Source: Halodesulfurarchaeum sp. (GTDB lineage Archaea > Halobacteriota > Halobacteria > Halobacteriales > Halobacteriaceae). From it: DNA of 64,000 nt. A program made the position numbers and the translations under genes. The notes under the pieces were generated by a model. It saw only the letters and a list, made by a program, of their open reading frames with translations. It had not been told where the DNA came from and made no database searches. Below are positions 48,761 to 58,953 of this stretch, one piece after another (the stretch's first letter is position 1; each line of letters starts with the position of its first letter). Location of the stretch: NCBI GenBank assembly GCA_042216015.1, contig JBDGUI010000007.1:33652-97651 (forward strand), read 5' to 3'.

Positions 48761-48762
48761 GA

Positions 48763-48933
48763 TCAGGCCCCCGGGAGGACGCTCATGACCAGGAAGATGA
48801 AAAAGCCGATAAAGCCGATGAGGAGGATGCCCGCCGCTGCGATCAGCGAGATGCGGGAGAACTCCTCCCAGTCCGGCGTGCTGGCCAGTTTGAGCACGCG
48901 GGTGTAGGCGTTCAACTCGTATGGGACGTCCAT
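48763..48933 (-). CDS. secE: Protein translocase SecE / Sec61-gamma, 56 aa
   Basis: Read manually: [16 protein letters not shown]...[10 protein letters not shown]; canonical ftsZ-secE-spt5 order. Confidence 0.93.
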   Translation of the reverse strand: MDVPYELNAYTRVLKLASTPDWEEFSRISLIAAAGILLIGFIGFFIFLVMSVLPGA

Positions 48934-49008
48934 GCCCACCCGTTCGAGACCGGTGCTTTTCTATCTATTGAAAACAGCCCTTGGGGGTCTCGACCGATGT
49001 CGGCACAG

Positions 49009-50121
49009 TCACTCCACGTAGTCGAAGCCCTCGATCTGCTGGGCCGAGGCCTCCTCCTGTCGCCCGTAAATCTGTGGGGACTGGACCCCGGTGACGACCA
49101 CCATCGTTCGCATGTGGCCGTCGAGTTCCTCGTCGATGGACGTCCCCCAGATGATCCGAGCGTCCGGATCGATCCGGTCGTAGATCTCCTCGACGACCCC
49201 CTCGGCCTCCTCGATGGACATGTCCGGCCCGCCGGTGACGTTCACGAGTGCGGAGTTCGCCCCGGCGATGTCCACGTCGAGGAGCGGCGACCGGAGTGCC
49301 TCCTGCACGGAGGCCTTGGGCGTGCCGTCCGCGTCGGCGTCTCCCAGCCCGATCATCGCGACGCCACCCTTCTCCATGACGGTCCTGACGTCGGCGAAGT
49401 CCAGGTTCACCAGTCCAGGCTTCGTGATTAGTTCGGTGATGCCCTTGACCGACCGCATCAGGATCTCGTCGGAGACCTTGAACGCCTGTCTGACCGGCAG
49501 TTGACCTACGGAGTCGAGGAGTCGATCGTTCGGCACCACGATGACGGTGTCCGCCACGTCGCGGAGCCGCTCGAGGCCGGCCTCGGCGTTCGTCCGGCGG
49601 ACCTCGCCCTCGGCCGTGAACGGCGTCGTGACGACCGCGATCGTCAGGGCGTTCATCTCGCGGGCGGCCTTCGCGACGACCGGGGCGGAACCGGTTCCCG
49701 TGCCACCGCCAAGCCCGGCGGTTACGAAGACCATATCGGAGGTGGCGATGCTATCCCTGATCTCGTCCTGACTCTCGAGGGCGGCCTCCTCGCCGACCTG
49801 CGGCAGTGAACCGGCACCCCGTCCCTGGGTCTTCTCCCGTCCCATCAGGATCTTCCGGTCGGCCTGGATGTCCACCAGGTGCTGGACGTCGGTATTGGCG
49901 GCCACGAGGGAGGCCCCGTGAATCCCCTCCTCGTACATCCGGTTGATCGTGTTGCTTCCGGCACCGCCACAGCCGACGACGGTGATCTCGGTCTGGAGGT
50001 CCTCGAGAATCGCCTCGAGTTCCTCGTCGGTCATGTCGCCGGTCGGGTGGGCCCCGTCGGCTTCCGATGGGTCGGCCCCCGTTTCGGCTTCGTCGATTGC
50101 GTCCTCGACGATCGAGTCCAT
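49009..50121 (-). CDS. ftsZ: Cell division protein FtsZ (FtsZ1-type context)
   Basis: [22 protein letters not shown]. Confidence 0.97.
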   Translation of the reverse strand: MDSIVEDAIDEAETGADPSEADGAHPTGDMTDEELEAILEDLQTEITVVGCGGAGSNTINRMYEEGIHGASLVAANTDVQHLVDIQADRKILMGREKTQGRGAGSLPQVGEEAALESQDEIRDSIATSDMVFVTAGLGGGTGTGSAPVVAKAAREMNALTIAVVTTPFTAEGEVRRTNAEAGLERLRDVADTVIVVPNDRLLDSVGQLPVRQAFKVSDEILMRSVKGITELITKPGLVNLDFADVRTVMEKGGVAMIGLGDADADGTPKASVQEALRSPLLDVDIAGANSALVNVTGGPDMSIEEAEGVVEEIYDRIDPDARIIWGTSIDEELDGHMRTMVVVTGVQSPQIYGRQEEASAQQIEGFDYVE

Positions 50122-50179
50122 CTTGGGTATCGCTTACCGATGGAGCTTAATTACCTTTCCCCTCTCCGTCATTCGGGCG

Positions 50180-51466
50180 TCACACCTGGAATCGGCGGGT
50201 TTCCCGGGTGTGGACGGCTTCCGGATCGACGCGTTTGCCGTCGACGGTGACGGACTCGCCCGCACTGAGCCTGCCGAACAGCGGTCCCTCGGGAACGCCC
50301 GCGTCCGTCGCGAGGGACGGATCGAAGGTTTCCCGCTCCGCGACGACGGCGTCCGTCCGCCGTTCGACGGTTTCGTACTCCCGTTCGAGAATCGTGGCAA
50401 GGGCGTCGACGAGGTCGCCGTACGAATCCCTTCCGTCGAATGCCGCTCGGTTTCCCACCCGGTTGCCGTTCTCTGCGGTCTGGTAGGCGACGGTGTGGGC
50501 GGCGACCGTTTCGACCGTTTCCCCGGGATCGATGGCCGCACAGGCGTCGATCAGATCGGTGGGGAGCGAGCGAATCTCCGGCTCGTCGGTGGTCCCCTCG
50601 CCGAACCGGAGGCCCGATTCGACCGTTCCGAGGGAGGTTTCGAGTGCCTCGACGAGGCTCGGGTCGGTCCCGGCCGTCTCTCTAACCCAGGTTTCGCTCA
50701 CGACCTCGTATCCGAGGGAGTCGATCACGGCCGCAACGGCCGGCCAGTCGCCGTCGATCAGCGCCCGCTCGGTCCCGCTCTTCTCGAACATGGCCTCGAT
50801 CACGTCGCGGTTTGCCTCGGGATCCCCGAGTTCCTCGATGCTCCAGTCCGCCGCGACGTGGCCGACGGCGACGTCGGTCTCGAGCAGCACCCGGGTCGGC
50901 TGTGGGGCGTAGTGATTGCCGCCGAATGCGACGACGGTTCGCTCGATCCGGGGTGCAGTCCCCCGGAGTTCCAGGACCGCCCTGGCGACGGCCCGTGCGC
51001 CGACCTCGTCGGTCCACTGCGCCGGGCCGCTCCCCAGTTCCACGAACAGTCCCGGCGCACCGAAGTCGGTCGGCCCGTGATGGGTGCACTCCATCGAGAC
51101 GTCGTAGGGTTCGGGGGCGATCGCCGCGAGTTCCCGGATGACGCGTTTGAGTGCCCCAGGGGCCGGCTCGACGAGCTCCCTGGCCGACCCGCCGTACGCC
51201 CCCTCACCGAAGTTGCCGGTGAAATGAGCGCTCAAGAGCGGTCCAGTGTCCCCGGAGTGCTTCGAGACCACGACGACGAACTCCGGATCATCGAAGGCCG
51301 AAGCGACCCCGTCCAGTTCGAGGTGCAGGTCCTCGAACTCCCTGAGTTCGAACCCCTCTCGACGGTAGACCCCCGGCCCGGTTCTCGTCCAGTCGGCCAC
51401 TTCGCGCAACTGCTGGCCGATGGTGGCAGAGGCCCGGTCTGCGGTACTGACGACGATCCCGATCAC
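50180..51466 (-). CDS. dtdA: D-aminoacyl-tRNA deacylase (DTD2)
   Basis: SKHSG, LSAHFTGN, ECTHHGPT, FVELGS, GGNHY; GTG start at 51466 inferred. Confidence 0.88.
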   Translation of the reverse strand: MIGIVVSTADRASATIGQQLREVADWTRTGPGVYRREGFELREFEDLHLELDGVASAFDDPEFVVVVSKHSGDTGPLLSAHFTGNFGEGAYGGSARELVEPAPGALKRVIRELAAIAPEPYDVSMECTHHGPTDFGAPGLFVELGSGPAQWTDEVGARAVARAVLELRGTAPRIERTVVAFGGNHYAPQPTRVLLETDVAVGHVAADWSIEELGDPEANRDVIEAMFEKSGTERALIDGDWPAVAAVIDSLGYEVVSETWVRETAGTDPSLVEALETSLGTVESGLRFGEGTTDEPEIRSLPTDLIDACAAIDPGETVETVAAHTVAYQTAENGNRVGNRAAFDGRDSYGDLVDALATILEREYETVERRTDAVVAERETFDPSLATDAGVPEGPLFGRLSAGESVTVDGKRVDPEAVHTRETRRFQV

Positions 51467-51573
51467 GGTCGAATCCAGGATTGCCCCGCGATTAAGCCCA
51501 TCGAAGTCCACGATCGGCCTGGGAGGGCCATCGTGTGGAGTGACATTAAGGGCGATCCGGACGAAGCGTGGGC

Positions 51574-51765
51574 ATGGCCCGACGACAGACATTCGAAGTG
51601 TATGAGGACTCCGCGGGGCAGTGGCGCTGGCGGCTCGTCGCGCCGAACGGGAACATCGTCGCGGACAGCGGGGAGGGGTACCGCTCGAAACAGGGCGCAA
51701 AGCGCGGGATCGAGAGCGTCAGGGAGGGCGCCCCGGAGGCCGATATCGAGGTCCTCGAGGGGTGA
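51574..51765 (+). CDS. YegP/DUF1508 family small protein
   Basis: FEVYEDSAGQWRWRLVAPNGNIVADSGEGY. Confidence 0.88.
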   Translation: MARRQTFEVYEDSAGQWRWRLVAPNGNIVADSGEGYRSKQGAKRGIESVREGAPEADIEVLEG

Positions 51766-52042
51766 CCGATCGCGGCACCGATCGGACAGACCGTCCACGC
51801 CAGCCGAGCAATCTATCCCCTCTCTCTGCTCTGTAGCCCACCTTCCGAGGCTCAGCCGTCGAAATTCGTTCAGACCCGCGTCAGTCCGCAGATCGAAGAC
51901 AGACCGGACCGCTGGGATGGCTCCGTTCGATGTCGGCATATCTTGTGGCTTATAAGGGTCGGCGGTCACAATCCCGTAGAGACCGATGAAAGTGGCGTGT
52001 TGGCACTCTCGGGAATGGCCCCACCGGGCCGCACGGAGAGAG

Positions 52043-52157
52043 GGAGAACACGATGAACCGGGAGGGGATCGTGATGAACCGGAGGAGAACGCGATGAACC
52101 GGCGGACGATGAATTGGGTGATAACGCGATGAACCGGAGGAGAACGCGATGAACCGA
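52043..52157 (+). repeat. ~20-bp degenerate tandem repeat (GGAGAACGCGATGAACCG) at the antiporter start
   Basis: ATGAA at 52053, 52074, 52094, 52109, 52129 and 52149. Confidence 0.85.
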
Positions 52158-53477
52158 CGAACTGCCGGCGCCCTGCTCGGCGCGATCGGGTTGACGATTC
52201 CGTGGTTTTCCTACTGGCTTCTGACACGCTTTACTGCGCGGACGGTCGAGGGGCTCCCGACCAACTTGACCGTCCTCATCAGCGGCCTCTCCGTGCTCGG
52301 GGCCGCTTTCCTCCTCGCCTGGGCGGCCGAAACCGCCGAGCGGGACGTGCCACGGCCCTTTGCAATCGCCGTACTGGCCGTCCTCGCCGTCGCCCCGGAG
52401 TACTCCGTCGACGCCCTCTACGCCTGGAATGCTGGGGCCTTTGCCGGGACAGCCAGGGGAATCGAGGCTGGCAACCTCGCCGTGGCGAACATGACCGGTG
52501 CCAACCGAATCCTGATCGGTATCGGATGGGCCGGAATCGCTCTGTTCACGGTCTATCGACGCGGGGCAGCGGCCGATCCCTCGGTCACGGATCGGGCGGG
52601 TCGGCTGACCGACGCGGTTCAGGTCGACAGGGATCTCGCATTCGACATCGTCTTTCTGATGGCGGCGACCCTGTGGGCCTTCGTCGTCCCGTTCTTCGGC
52701 GGCATCGACGCCCTCGATATGGTCGTACTCGTGGGGCTCTACGTCACCTACATTCTGGTGGTTCTTCGGGGGGACATCGAGCCAGTCGAGGAACACGTCG
52801 GCGTTCCGGCCGCGCTGCAGGCCCAGCCGAAGTGGCGGCGCGTGCTTTCGGTACTCGTCCTTTTCGGGTTCTCGGGCCTGTTGATTCTCACCGCCGTAGA
52901 GCCCTTCGCCCACGGGCTCGAAGCGATCGGAACCGCCATCGGGGTCCCCCCGTTCTTCATGATCCAGTGGATCGCGCCCCTGGCCTCGGAGGCCCCGGAA
53001 CTCATCGTCGTGGTCTATCTCGTGAACAAGGCGCGGTCGACTGCCGGATTCAACGCCCTCATCTCCTCGAAGCTCAACCAGTGGACACTCCTGATCGGGA
53101 CCCTCGTGATCGTCTACTCGATCGCCTACGGGCAGTATGGCGTGCTCCCCTTCGACGCCAAACAGGCCGCGGAGATCTGGCTGACCGCCGCCCAGTCGTT
53201 TTTCGCCCTGTCGATTCTCGTGAACTTCGAAATATCGGTCCGGGAGGCACTCGGTCTCCTGGGGCTGTTCGTCTCGCAGGTGGGACTCGAATTTCTCATC
53301 ATTAGGGGGACAATCCCGTTCCCCCTGACGAGCCACGAACTGTTGCTCGCCTACACCGGGGTGTATCTCGTTCTGGGCACCGGCCTCTTCCTCAGCAGAC
53401 GGAAAGCGACGGTCGTGCTCTTCCGCCGGGCCGGGCAGACGATACGGGCTGCACTCCCGGCACGTCGCTCGGATTGA
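52149..53477 (+). CDS. Sodium:calcium antiporter (CaCA family)
   Basis: Alpha repeats AVAPEY...ANMTGAN and ASEAPE...ISSKLNQ; multi-TM. Confidence 0.87.
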   Translation: MNRRTAGALLGAIGLTIPWFSYWLLTRFTARTVEGLPTNLTVLISGLSVLGAAFLLAWAAETAERDVPRPFAIAVLAVLAVAPEYSVDALYAWNAGAFAGTARGIEAGNLAVANMTGANRILIGIGWAGIALFTVYRRGAAADPSVTDRAGRLTDAVQVDRDLAFDIVFLMAATLWAFVVPFFGGIDALDMVVLVGLYVTYILVVLRGDIEPVEEHVGVPAALQAQPKWRRVLSVLVLFGFSGLLILTAVEPFAHGLEAIGTAIGVPPFFMIQWIAPLASEAPELIVVVYLVNKARSTAGFNALISSKLNQWTLLIGTLVIVYSIAYGQYGVLPFDAKQAAEIWLTAAQSFFALSILVNFEISVREALGLLGLFVSQVGLEFLIIRGTIPFPLTSHELLLAYTGVYLVLGTGLFLSRRKATVVLFRRAGQTIRAALPARRSD

Positions 53478-53529
53478 GCACACTCTCTCCGCCGACAACG
53501 TTTAACCCGGTCCGTCCCGACCGCCCGCC

Positions 53530-54345
53530 ATGGACGTGTACGGACTTCTCGGGAATCCGGTGGGACACTCGGTTTCGCCCGCGCTTCACGAGGCGGCATA
53601 CGAGGTTCTGGGCCTCGATGCCACGTACGTGACCCTCGAACCCGAGCCCGACCGACTGGGCGAGGCGATCGAGGGAGCCGACGCGCTTGGTATCGCCGGG
53701 CTGAACGTGACGATCCCGTTCAAGGAGGCCGTCCTCGATTACGTCGAACCCGACGAAGCGGCCGCTCGGATCGGGGCTGTCAACACGATCGACTTCTCGA
53801 GTGATCCTCCGAGAGGATTCAATACCGATGCGGCTGGCGCGCGACGTGCCCTCGAACATCACGGCGTGAATCCGGGGGCCCGAACGGCAGTCCTCATCGG
53901 TGCGGGCGGGGCGGCCAGAGCCATCGGATGGATGTTAACCGACGCCGGGGCCACAGTCCACGTGGCGAACCGGACCGAATCCCGCGCAGCGGACCTCGCG
54001 GCCGATCTGAATGCAACGGGGCATCCTCTCGAAGCGGTTCCGGAGCTCGCCGAGCGCGCCGATCTCCTGATCAATGCGACGAGCGTGGGGATTGAAGCGG
54101 ACAAATCACCGGTCCCGTCGTCGGTGTTTCACGGAGGTCTGACCGTCATGGACGCCGTGTACACGCCACTCAAAACCCGGTTCCTTCGCGAGGCCGCCGA
54201 CGCCGGAGCCACCACGATCGACGGTGCCTGGATGTTGCTCTATCAGGGAGTCGAGGCCCTCGAACGCTGGACCGGCGAGACGGCCCCGGTCGAGGCGATG
54301 AACGAGTCACTCAGGGCGGCGCTCCGCGGTGACGGCTCCCGATGA
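53530..54345 (+). CDS. aroE: Shikimate dehydrogenase
   Basis: HSVSP, NVTIPFKE, GAVNT, NTD, GAGGAA, MLLYQG. Confidence 0.95.
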   Translation: MDVYGLLGNPVGHSVSPALHEAAYEVLGLDATYVTLEPEPDRLGEAIEGADALGIAGLNVTIPFKEAVLDYVEPDEAAARIGAVNTIDFSSDPPRGFNTDAAGARRALEHHGVNPGARTAVLIGAGGAARAIGWMLTDAGATVHVANRTESRAADLAADLNATGHPLEAVPELAERADLLINATSVGIEADKSPVPSSVFHGGLTVMDAVYTPLKTRFLREAADAGATTIDGAWMLLYQGVEALERWTGETAPVEAMNESLRAALRGDGSR

Positions 54346-54536
54346 GTTTCAGGGAGCTTCTGGCCTGGGTTCGATCCGCGATGAACCGCTCGTCTGGCGC
54401 CGAACGAACAAGTGACCTCGAACCCGCGACGGCTTCGGAACGGGCCGTCAAGGCCCCGTATTCCGAGATCGAGGATTCGGAAGGGGACGATCGGTCGAAC
54501 GGTGCCGAATCGGGACCGACGCGTTTCGAGGAATGA
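54342..54536 (+). CDS. Small hypothetical protein
   Basis: ATG overlaps the aroE stop (ATGA); acidic; no motif. Confidence 0.4.
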   Translation: MSFRELLAWVRSAMNRSSGAERTSDLEPATASERAVKAPYSEIEDSEGDDRSNGAESGPTRFEE

Positions 54537-54609
54537 GGCCGGGCCATCCATCGATTCGGTCCGTTCGTGGATGAAAAAGGACTTAGGAGATCCCCGGGAG
54601 GGTAGGGGT

Positions 54610-55578
54610 ATGGATGCCGTCGTACTTGCGGGGGGATATGCGACCCGCCTGTGGCCGATCACGAAACATCGTCCCAAGATGTTCCTCCCGATCGGCGAGG
54701 AGACGGTCGTCGACCGGATTTTTTCGTCCCTGGAGGCCGACGATCGCGTCGAGACCGTGTACGTGAGCACGAACGAGCGCTTTGCGCCCGACTTCCGCGA
54801 GCACCTCGATGGCTCGGACTACGAGAAACCCCAGCTCTCCGTCGAGGAGACGACCGCTGAAGCGGAGAAGTTCGGCGTGATCGGGGCGCTCGCCCAACTC
54901 GTCGACCGGGAGGGTGTCACGGACGACCTCGTCGTACTGGCCGGGGACAACCTCATCAGTTTCGACGTGAGTGAATTCGTTGACTTCTTCGAGAAGCGAC
55001 GGACCCCGACGATCGCCGCCTACGACGTCGGCAGCCGGGAGCGAGCCAAATCCTACGGCCTGGTCGAACTCGAGGGGACCGAGGTCAGGAACTTCCAGGA
55101 GAAACCGGCCGATCCACAGAGCACGCTCGTGTCGATCGCCACCTACGCGTTCCCGGCAGACTCGCTGTCGCTGCTCGAAACCTATCTGGACGGGGACAAC
55201 AACCCGGACGAACCCGGGTGGTTCATCCAGTGGCTTCAGGGGCGCGGCCCGGTCCATGCCTTCACCTTCGACGGCGCGTGGTTCGACATCGGCACGCCGG
55301 AGAGCTACCTCGATGCCGTCCGCTGGGCCCTGGACGGCGAGCAGGTCGTCGCCGAGGACGCCGTCCTCGAGGAAACGACGTTGGGCGAAAACGTTCACGT
55401 CATGTCCGGGGCAACGATCGAGGACTCCCACGTCACCGACGCCGTCATCTTTCCGAAGGCGACCATCAGGAACTGCACGGTCCGAAACTCGATCATCGAC
55501 GAACAGACCCGCATCGAAAACATCGACTTCTCCGGCGCGCTCATCGGCGCCCACACCGAAATCTCGAGTTCGAGCTGA
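54610..55578 (+). CDS. Sugar-phosphate nucleotidyltransferase
   Basis: VLAGGYATRL..PK, AGDN, FQEKP, WFDIG, C-terminal beta-helix; ATG at 54610. Confidence 0.92.
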   Translation: MDAVVLAGGYATRLWPITKHRPKMFLPIGEETVVDRIFSSLEADDRVETVYVSTNERFAPDFREHLDGSDYEKPQLSVEETTAEAEKFGVIGALAQLVDREGVTDDLVVLAGDNLISFDVSEFVDFFEKRRTPTIAAYDVGSRERAKSYGLVELEGTEVRNFQEKPADPQSTLVSIATYAFPADSLSLLETYLDGDNNPDEPGWFIQWLQGRGPVHAFTFDGAWFDIGTPESYLDAVRWALDGEQVVAEDAVLEETTLGENVHVMSGATIEDSHVTDAVIFPKATIRNCTVRNSIIDEQTRIENIDFSGALIGAHTEISSSS

Positions 55579-55619
55579 GTGGTTTTCCGGGAGCTCACCG
55601 GCGATCGCCTGGATCCGGA

Positions 55620-56330
55620 TCAGCCGAGCGTCGCCGATGTGATCTCCAGGTGGCCCCGCGTCCCGTCCCAGACCGTCTCGTACTCGATCTCGATCCGGCG
55701 GCGCATGTGTGGCCCGTCGGTCACGAGTGTCTCGTACTCGCCGCCCTCGCCAAGCACGTGGACGCCCGCGGAGTCGTGCAGTTCCTGGAGTTCCTCGAGG
55801 GCCCTCGTATCGAGTGTCCGACCCAGCCAGGAGTCATCGAGTCCGGCCGCCGCGACGGCCACGATCCGTATTTCGAACCCCGATTCGACGAACCACCTCC
55901 CGAGTTCGACCGGGTCCTCCTGCCAGAGTGGGGCGTACATGTCGATTCCCAGCCGTCGGCACATCTTCCGGACGCGTGAGGCCTGGTAGTCGCTCTCGAT
56001 CGCCCCCACGGTCACCCCCTCGAGTCCGTCCTGAAATTCACCGTCGAGCTCCGCGAGCGCTCGCTCGAGCGGTTCGATCTCCCGATCGCCACGCGTGCCG
56101 GCGTCATGACCCGAGACATCGGCCCCCTCCACGGCGGTGACGGGCACCCCGATGCTCTCGGCGGCGAGGTCGACGAGTTCCGTGGCCGGGACGTGATACA
56201 GGTAGGAATCCCCCTCCGAATGGACCGTCACGAGCCGGTCGACGGACAGGCCGTCCTCGCGGGCCCGGTGGAACGCCCCGACGGAATCTTTCCCGCCCGA
56301 AAAGAGACTCACCCAGCGGCCATCGCTCAT
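55620..56330 (-). CDS. dph6: Diphthine--ammonia ligase
   Basis: SGGKDS PP-loop, GAIESDYQ, PLW, GEGGEYET. Confidence 0.9.
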   Translation of the reverse strand: MSDGRWVSLFSGGKDSVGAFHRAREDGLSVDRLVTVHSEGDSYLYHVPATELVDLAAESIGVPVTAVEGADVSGHDAGTRGDREIEPLERALAELDGEFQDGLEGVTVGAIESDYQASRVRKMCRRLGIDMYAPLWQEDPVELGRWFVESGFEIRIVAVAAAGLDDSWLGRTLDTRALEELQELHDSAGVHVLGEGGEYETLVTDGPHMRRRIEIEYETVWDGTRGHLEITSATLG

Positions 56331-56368
56331 ATTTCGGATTTGGACCGGGCGGGGATATATCGCCCGGG

Positions 56369-57508
56369 TCAGGAGGACACGTCGCTCTCGACGGGCTCCG
56401 TGCTGAGCCGCGAGGCGACCCAGATTCCGATCAGGCTGACGAGGATCCCCAGCAGGACGAATCCAGCGAGGCGGTGTTCGGGAGCGAGCGCGATCCCCTG
56501 GATCGTGATCGCCCCGATGTTCGTCGGTTCGATGACGATCCCCTCGATGAGATTTGCCCGTTCGAGGAAGTACGCCGAAAACCCGCGCACCACGAGTCCC
56601 ATGGCGAGTGCACCGAACGGAAGGTTCAGCGAGGCCGTTCGGAGGCGGTCGTCCCGGAGCAACTCGTCGACCAGTCGACCGATGGTCGCGGCGATGGCAG
56701 CCAGGGCGATCCAGGGGACGCTGTAGTAGGCAAACGCCATGCCCGTGACGAGCTGGAGTCGATCAAGCCCCAGCTCGGAGGTGCCAAGCACACCCACGAA
56801 GATCCCGACCAGCGCGAGCCCGGCGGCGATGACCGAGGTCACGATGGAGATGCGACCGGAGTAAAGGGCGTCTCGGGCCTGGTTCGAGAGGGTGGCGAGG
56901 TGCTCGTCGATTCCGAAGCCGCGATAGAGGAGGAAGGTCCCGATGACGGCCGTGATCGCCCCCACGGCGACGGCCACGTCGCTGAGCATGAGGATGGCCG
57001 GGAAGACGAGCATCACGATCCCGATCGGGACGAGGACCGTGCCACGCAACTCCTCGTCCGCGAGGAACTGCTTGAGAAGGTAGTAGGTGGATTCGAGGTC
57101 CCGCGCCTGGCGCACGACCACCCGGTCCACCGAATCCACCCGGATCCGGCTCTCGATGATCGGCAACAGGCGTTCGTCCTCGGTGCTGTCGATGACGACG
57201 ACCGCCGAGTCGGGATCGTACTCCTCGAGCAACTCGTCGACCTGGTCCGCGATGGCCTGATCGGCCGAGACCACTCCGTCGGCGTTCCCGGAGACGACGG
57301 CCACGACGGCCGAATCACCGTCACGTTCGATGTCGCGGGCGACGGCGAGGGCCTCGAGAAGGGTGTTGACCGTGGTGTCCTCCGGGTCGGCCATCCCGAG
57401 TTCGACGATCAGATCCGAGACAGTCTCGGCTCCGGAGAGCGGGAGGGACACCTCGGTCTGTCCCGGCACGTCGCCGGTCCGGTCGATACTCACGACCAGG
57501 GTCTGCAT
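56369..57508 (-). CDS. DUF373 family membrane protein
   Basis: DPED..N, VVVRQARDLESTYY, C-terminal TM bundle. Confidence 0.85.
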   Translation of the reverse strand: MQTLVVSIDRTGDVPGQTEVSLPLSGAETVSDLIVELGMADPEDTTVNTLLEALAVARDIERDGDSAVVAVVSGNADGVVSADQAIADQVDELLEEYDPDSAVVVIDSTEDERLLPIIESRIRVDSVDRVVVRQARDLESTYYLLKQFLADEELRGTVLVPIGIVMLVFPAILMLSDVAVAVGAITAVIGTFLLYRGFGIDEHLATLSNQARDALYSGRISIVTSVIAAGLALVGIFVGVLGTSELGLDRLQLVTGMAFAYYSVPWIALAAIAATIGRLVDELLRDDRLRTASLNLPFGALAMGLVVRGFSAYFLERANLIEGIVIEPTNIGAITIQGIALAPEHRLAGFVLLGILVSLIGIWVASRLSTEPVESDVSS

Positions 57509-57591
57509 CCGACTGTCCAGTCATCCCGACGGGATAAAAACCTCCGGTGTCCGCAGTCCTCGGGTCCGGCGATCCTGTCGTTCCCCGTCCC

Positions 57592-58491
57592 TTAGAGGTG
57601 ACCGCTCTTCTGGAGCTTGCGGAGGTCCTCGGTGTCGAGCGTCTCGCCCTCCTTGAACCGCTCGTAGATCTCCTCTGCCTCCTCGCGGGCCTCCTCCCGC
57701 TTGGCGTCACGCTTGTCCTTGCGCTTTTCCTCCTCCTTCTTGTCGAGTTCACGGAGGCGCTTTTGGACCTCCACGAAGGCCTGGTGGTGGGCGTCGGCGG
57801 CCTCCTGGGCCTCGACGAACTGCTCGTGGGTCTCGTCGGCCCGGTCGCGGACGTCGTCGGCCTCCCGGTAGGCCTCGATCATCTTGTTGTGGTGTTTCTG
57901 GGCCCGATCGGCCAGTTCGGTGACCTTCTCGTGGTGTTTCGAGGCCTCGGCCCGCACCGTCTCGGCCTCCTCGACGAGTTCTTCGAGGTCGTCGTTCTGG
58001 TCGAGTTTGGCCTTTCGTTCCTGGTACTCCTCGCGTTTCTCCTCGATTTCCTCGATGAGTTCCCGCTCGTCCTCGGTCGAGAGGACCTCGGTCTGCTGTT
58101 TGAACTCGAGGTCCTCGATCTCGGATTTGAGCTGCTCGAGGTCCTTGCCCTCGTCGAGTTCGAGGTCGGCCTTCATCGACTCGACCTTCTCGAAGAGGTC
58201 ATTCGCCTTCGCGTTCAGCTCGTTTCGCACCGACTTGTGTTCCTGGACCCGGTCGTTCAACGTATCGCGGGTCTCGCGGTGTTCCTGGGCGGCGTCGACC
58301 TTCTCGCGGGTCTTCGCGTTCAGTTCGTCACGCTTTGACGCCCGGGAACTGGCGAGTTGATTCAACTCGTTCCGGCGATCCCTGAACTGGCCGGCCTTTT
58401 TGATGAGCTGACCCTTTGATTTTTCCTGAAGCTCCTCTTCCGTGATGAGTTCTTCCACACTCGATACCGTGATTTCAACTTGTTCTGCCAT
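57592..58491 (-). CDS. Conserved archaeal coiled-coil protein
   Basis: KRDELN repeats, LEFKQQTEVLS, ends FKEGETLDTEDL. Confidence 0.85.
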   Translation of the reverse strand: MAEQVEITVSSVEELITEEELQEKSKGQLIKKAGQFRDRRNELNQLASSRASKRDELNAKTREKVDAAQEHRETRDTLNDRVQEHKSVRNELNAKANDLFEKVESMKADLELDEGKDLEQLKSEIEDLEFKQQTEVLSTEDERELIEEIEEKREEYQERKAKLDQNDDLEELVEEAETVRAEASKHHEKVTELADRAQKHHNKMIEAYREADDVRDRADETHEQFVEAQEAADAHHQAFVEVQKRLRELDKKEEEKRKDKRDAKREEAREEAEEIYERFKEGETLDTEDLRKLQKSGHL

Positions 58492-58724
58492 TGGTTGGCC
58501 CTCGATTCCATACTGTCACGACGTTCGCATGGCAACGGCTCGTCGGTCCGTAACCAGTCTGAGAACCGTCTTCGGTTGTCGGGCTGTGCGCGAACACTCG
58601 TGACCTTCTGGTATTTGCGTATATCCAAGCACTGTGATTAAGTGTTTCGCTGTGTCCGCGAACACTTTCACTTTCACTCCACACCTGGCTCGCATTGACG
58701 GGGTCTGGCTTCCAATCGTGAGCT

Positions 58725-58898
58725 ATGCTTCCCGACCTCTCGCTCACTTGCACCCGGTGTGGCGACGAATTGGAACCCCCGGATCGGAAGCTCTCGATGG
58801 AGACGGCGGAGGGATTCCGCCACGCTTACGAGTGCTCCTGTGGGGCGATCACGATCACCGTCTCGACCGAACGGGCCCCGCTCGTTCACGAGGCATGA
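58725..58898 (+). CDS. Small zinc-finger protein, 57 aa
   Basis: Read manually: MLPDLSLTCTRCGDE...YECSCGAITITV...; below the ORF-track cutoff. Confidence 0.7.
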   Translation: MLPDLSLTCTRCGDELEPPDRKLSMETAEGFRHAYECSCGAITITVSTERAPLVHEA

Positions 58899-58953
58899 CT
58901 GTGGCTCACGTCGAGTGAAACCACTAAACCCCCTCCCTCGATAGCTACCGGCA

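Noticed and set aside
52043..52157. 20-bp repeats as a mini-CRISPR or iteron array
   Set aside because: No spacers, degenerate units that copy the gene's own start, and no cas or rep gene.
58492..58950. Structured RNA gene (RNase P/SRP) in this long gap
   Set aside because: No conserved RNA motifs recognised; a small zinc-finger ORF and promoter-like DNA explain the region.
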